In this document: positions 60,209-64,000 of the stretch, piece after piece
Layout of the letters: every line of letters starts with the position of its first letter
Numbering within the stretch: the first letter of the stretch is position 1
Origin: Flavobacteriales bacterium
GTDB taxonomy: Bacteria > Bacteroidota > Bacteroidia > Flavobacteriales > UBA7312
DNA: 64,000 nucleotides
Direction: 5' to 3'
Assembly (NCBI GenBank): GCA_037625715.1
Contig: JASJHQ010000035.1
Span: 64,497-128,496 of the forward strand
Notes under the pieces: generated by a model
Database searches by the model: none
The model's input: the letters and a program-made list of their open reading frames with translations, nothing else
What the model was told of the DNA's origin: nothing
Program-made: the position numbers and the translations under genes

Positions 60209-63013
60209 ATGAAAAAATCATTAGGTTTATTTACCTTACTACTTTCTTGTTCTTCCTTCTTGTTTGCTCAAACGTTAGTAAACAAAATTACTCCAGTTAA
60301 CGATTATGATATTGCTTATGAAGAGTGGCAATTAGACAATGGTCTTACATTAATAATACATGAAGATCATTCTGATCCTATAGTTCATGTAGAGATGACA
60401 TATCATGTTGGTTCTAATAGAGAGCAAATTGGTATGACAGGTTTTGCTCACTTTTTTGAGCACATGATGTTTCAAGGATCAGATAATGTTGCTGATGAAG
60501 AGCATTTCAAAATCGTTTCTGAATCTGGAGGTACGTTAAATGGTACAACCAATAGAGACAGGACTAATTACTTTGAAACTTTACCTTCTAATCAATTAGA
60601 AACAGCTTTATGGTTAGAATCTGACAGAATGGGTTTTTTCTTAGACGCTGTAACAGATAAGAAATTTGAAAACCAAAGAAATGCAGTTAAAAACGAAAAG
60701 AGTCAAAATCAAATAAATGTTCCTTACGGAATGCTTTACGAAGTAATGGGGCAGGTGTTGTATCCTAAAGGCCATCCTTATAGCTGGCCAACTATTGGTT
60801 ATGTTGATGACTTAGATAGAGTTACTGTTGATGAGCTTAAAGAGTTCTTTATGAGATGGTATGGTCCAAATAACGCTTATTTAGTTATTTCTGGTGATGT
60901 AGATCCTACAAATGTTGTAGAATTAGTAAACAAATATTTTGGCTCAATTCCTAGAGGACAAGAGGTTAGAAACTTAACAAAAAAGAAAGTAATATTAGCA
61001 CAGAACAAATACAAGAAATTTGCAGATAGAATTTATTTCCCTTTAGCTGCATTTGTTTATCCTACTGTACCTAATTACCACAGAGATGAGCCAGCTTTAG
61101 ATGCTTTGGCTGATATGATGGGAGGTGGTAATAATTCTCCATTTTACAAATCATTTGTTAAAACAGAAAAAGCAGTAGACGCTTCGGTATCTCATCCTTG
61201 TGCAGAATTGTCTGGTGAGTTTATGATAAGCGTTGTGTCTTATCCTAATTTTACATTTGCGGAAACAGAAGAAGAAGTTAATACTTTGTTAAATGATTTT
61301 GAAGCTAACATTACAGATGAAGCTTTAGATCGTTTCAAATCTAAAATGAGATCAAACATTATTGATGGGCTTTCTAGTGTTGCAGGAAAAGCATCTCAAC
61401 TTACATCTTGGGCATATTTATTAGATGAGCCATATAATTTTAGTGATGACATTAATAGATACCAAAATATTACTAAAGAAGATGTTATAAAAGTATACAA
61501 GAAATACATTAAAAATAAGAACTCTGTTGCTATTGATTATTTCCCACTTCCTCCAACTTCAGAAGATTCTGTGAGAAGCATCAATCCTTACGCTAATGTT
61601 CCTTTTCAAAAGGATCCTCAATATGATGGATTATCTTATAACAAACCTACTGATAGTTTTGATAGAGGCGCTCGCCCTGTTGCTGGCCCTGCTAAAGCTG
61701 TTAATGTTCCTGTTTATTTTGAAAAAAACATAAGCAATGCAGAATCTAATTATAACATACCTGTAATTGGAGCTGAGTCAAACGAAGTTCCTAAGGTTTA
61801 CCTTTTAATTACATTAGAAGGTGGAGATTTGCTTATTGCCGATGAAATTAAAAAAGCTGGACTTCCTGAGTTAACTGCTTCTATGTTAAATGAGGGGACT
61901 GAAAATTATTCGACAGAAGAAATTAGTTCTATGCTAGATGATTTAGGTAGTAGTATCCGATTTAGTTCTGATTCTAGAACATCTACTATATTCGTTACTA
62001 GTTTAGTAGGAAACTTAGATAAAACAATCGAAATTTTAAAAGAAAAGTTGTTTATGCCTGGCTTCCGTGCTGAAGATTTTAAAAGAGTAAATAAGCAGTA
62101 TAGAGAATCTATAAACAATAGCAAAAAGTCTGCTAACAACATGGCTAGTCAAGCTATGGCTGGTCTTCTTTATGGTAAAACAATAAGAGGAATAAGTCCT
62201 TCTGTAAAAGGAGTTGAGAAACTAAAATTACAAGATGTTAAAGACTTTTACAGCAAGCAATACAATCCTAATTTAGCTAGTTTAGTTGTAGTAGGGGATG
62301 TTACTCAAGAAGCTATTATGCCTCAATTGAGCTTTTTAAACAATTGGAAAGGGGATAAGATAAGCTTCAACAAAGTGTTGCCAGTCGAAGAGATTAATGG
62401 AAGAACTGTTCATTTAGTTCACAAACCAGGTCCTCAATCAATTATTATTTTAGGCCATCATGCTTTAAAATACGATACTGAAGGAGAATACTTCAAAGCA
62501 AATGTGATGAACTTTGTTTTTGGTGGAGCATTTAATAGTAGATTAAACCTGAATTTAAGAGAAGATAAAGGGTTTACTTACGGAATTAGATCTGGCTTTA
62601 ATGGAGACGAAAACGATGGAGTCTTTTACATTCAGTCTTCTGTTCGTTCCGAAGCTACAGATAGCGCATTAACTGAGATTTACCTAGAAATGAATAACTA
62701 CCTTTCTAATGGTATAACAGAAAGCGAATTAGAATTTACTAAAAGTGCTATCATTAATTCGGATGCTTTAAAATACGAAACAGCATTTCAGAAATCTAGA
62801 TTCCTTGCTCGTATTCAGCGTTATGGACTAGATAGAGAGTTTACTAAAAGACAAAACCAAATTATAAACAACATTACTGTTGAAGAGATTAATGCTTTAG
62901 CAAAAAAGCATATTGATCAAAATAATCATGCAGTAGTTGTCGTTGGTAATAAATACGCACTTAAAAAATCTTTAGCAAAGTTTGGTAAAGTAGAAGAATT
63001 AAAAATTAAATAA
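60209..63013 (+). CDS. M16 family (insulinase/pitrilysin-like) zinc peptidase, double-length secreted form
   Basis: 934 aa with a signal peptide, an inverted zinc motif HFFEHMMFQG (HxxEH), and a second inactive M16 pair in the C-terminal half. Confidence 0.87.
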   Translation: MKKSLGLFTLLLSCSSFLFAQTLVNKITPVNDYDIAYEEWQLDNGLTLIIHEDHSDPIVHVEMTYHVGSNREQIGMTGFAHFFEHMMFQGSDNVADEEHFKIVSESGGTLNGTTNRDRTNYFETLPSNQLETALWLESDRMGFFLDAVTDKKFENQRNAVKNEKSQNQINVPYGMLYEVMGQVLYPKGHPYSWPTIGYVDDLDRVTVDELKEFFMRWYGPNNAYLVISGDVDPTNVVELVNKYFGSIPRGQEVRNLTKKKVILAQNKYKKFADRIYFPLAAFVYPTVPNYHRDEPALDALADMMGGGNNSPFYKSFVKTEKAVDASVSHPCAELSGEFMISVVSYPNFTFAETEEEVNTLLNDFEANITDEALDRFKSKMRSNIIDGLSSVAGKASQLTSWAYLLDEPYNFSDDINRYQNITKEDVIKVYKKYIKNKNSVAIDYFPLPPTSEDSVRSINPYANVPFQKDPQYDGLSYNKPTDSFDRGARPVAGPAKAVNVPVYFEKNISNAESNYNIPVIGAESNEVPKVYLLITLEGGDLLIADEIKKAGLPELTASMLNEGTENYSTEEISSMLDDLGSSIRFSSDSRTSTIFVTSLVGNLDKTIEILKEKLFMPGFRAEDFKRVNKQYRESINNSKKSANNMASQAMAGLLYGKTIRGISPSVKGVEKLKLQDVKDFYSKQYNPNLASLVVVGDVTQEAIMPQLSFLNNWKGDKISFNKVLPVEEINGRTVHLVHKPGPQSIIILGHHALKYDTEGEYFKANVMNFVFGGAFNSRLNLNLREDKGFTYGIRSGFNGDENDGVFYIQSSVRSEATDSALTEIYLEMNNYLSNGITESELEFTKSAIINSDALKYETAFQKSRFLARIQRYGLDREFTKRQNQIINNITVEEINALAKKHIDQNNHAVVVVGNKYALKKSLAKFGKVEELKIK

Positions 63014-63024
63014 AAACTGTAATT

Positions 63025-64000
63025 ATGAATAAAAGTGTTTTTCTAGCCTTAACTATAGCAGTATCTTTAAACGTATCTGCTCAGAAAAGTAACGTTCAAA
63101 ACGCATATAAGTCGCTTAAAAAGGATAAAATTCCTGAAGCTATTGAGTATATTGAACTAGCATCTAAAAATGAGTCCACATCTAACGATGTTAAAATGCA
63201 TAACTATAGAGGTCAAATATTTTTTGAAGTGCATTCTAACTCAGAGTACAGATCATTAGATAAAATGGCTATTCTTAAATGTGCAAATAGCTGGCAAGCA
63301 ATGTATAACCATCCTAAAGTAGGTAAGTGGTTTGATCAGGATCTAGTAAATTCTAACATTACTAAAGCTGGTGTTGGCTTGTATAACAAAGGAGTAGAGC
63401 TATATTCTAAAAAAGATTTTGATACTGCTAAGTTGATGTATAACAAGATTTTTGATTTATTTCCTTTAGATGAAAGCAAAAGCTTGAGCCGTTCTAATGT
63501 AACTAAGGAAGCAGTTTATTTAAATCTTTACTATGCTTGTGCTGCACAAGGAGATATTGCTGGTTCTAAAGAAAACTTGCAAGAACTAATCGATGCTTCT
63601 TACCAAGATCCTCAGATATATGCTTATATGTCAGAAATTTACCAAAAAGAAGGTAACACAGATAAAGCATTAGCTATTATTAAAGAAGGTAGAGAGTACT
63701 TTGATACAGATGTAGATTTAATAATTTTCGAATTAAACTTCTATTTAGGAGCAGAGGATTTCGTTAAAGCGGAAGAGTTATTGAAATTAGCTGTTAAAGA
63801 AGATCCTAATAACGAAAAGCTATTTTTTGCATTAGGAACTAGTTATGATAATTTAGGCGAATTTGAGAAAGCTCAAGACGCTTATAAAGAAGCTGTAAGT
63901 ATTGATCCTAATTTTTATGATGCAAATTATAACCTAGGAATTATGTTTTATAATAAAGCTGGAGAACTGCTTAAAAAAGCAAATGATACTCGCGATTATA
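63025..64000 (+). CDS. secreted tetratricopeptide repeat protein, N-terminal part (gene runs off the right window edge)
   Basis: Absent from the ORF track because no stop lies in the window. It starts at ATG 63025 with signal peptide MNKSVFLALTIAVSLNVSAQ. By hand translation the frame stays open for 325 codons to the window end. It has TPR-like repeats (EKAQDAYKEAVSIDPNFYDANYNLGIMFY). Confidence 0.65.
   Translation, partial: MNKSVFLALTIAVSLNVSAQKSNVQNAYKSLKKDKIPEAIEYIELASKNESTSNDVKMHNYRGQIFFEVHSNSEYRSLDKMAILKCANSWQAMYNHPKVGKWFDQDLVNSNITKAGVGLYNKGVELYSKKDFDTAKLMYNKIFDLFPLDESKSLSRSNVTKEAVYLNLYYACAAQGDIAGSKENLQELIDASYQDPQIYAYMSEIYQKEGNTDKALAIIKEGREYFDTDVDLIIFELNFYLGAEDFVKAEELLKLAVKEDPNNEKLFFALGTSYDNLGEFEKAQDAYKEAVSIDPNFYDANYNLGIMFYNKAGELLKKANDTRDY

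Overview
AT-rich, extremely gene-dense core chromosome. Summing the gaps between my gene calls gives about 1.8 kb of non-coding DNA in 64 kb, roughly 97% coding. The source looks like a member of Bacteroidota, most likely a Flavobacteriia-type organism. Supporting markers are the gldF-gldG gliding ABC-transporter genes, a protein with a T9SS C-terminal sorting domain, a DUF4835/PorD-like gene, BamD, repeated TAnnTTTG promoter boxes 20-40 nt upstream of start codons, and no Shine-Dalgarno sequences. I call 62 protein-coding genes. Two are partial and absent from the ORF track because they run off the window edges (1..467 minus strand, 63025..64000 plus strand). The content is almost entirely housekeeping: dnaA, gyrA, ligA, recN, clpC, rpoZ, rpmE2, ettA, serA/serC, purC, dapA/dapF, ribD, coaBC, fabI, pckA, a long-form GAPDH, mltG, bamD and an lptF/G-family gene. 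Five GC-stem hairpins flanked by A- and T-tracts act as bidirectional intrinsic terminators between convergent genes. I found no rRNA, tRNA, CRISPR array, transposase, integrase, prophage gene or recognisable defence gene, and no intergenic region longer than 196 bp. I do not see a convincing new multi-gene system here, and this looks like an ordinary core region around the replication origin. The items most worth a second look are listed below.
- A lipoprotein-like heptahaem c-type cytochrome fused to TPR repeats, embedded in a peptidoglycan and housekeeping gene string.
- A tight fdx-hyp-serC-serA-DUF1015-yggS string.
- A ribD-EamA-yigZ-M42 string, where the EamA gene is a possible flavin transporter.
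- A DUF4340-like gene translationally coupled to gldG.
- A coding-strand switch next to dnaA that probably marks oriC, even though no canonical DnaA-box cluster is visible.
All family assignments come from motif recognition and memory of conserved synteny, not from database searches.
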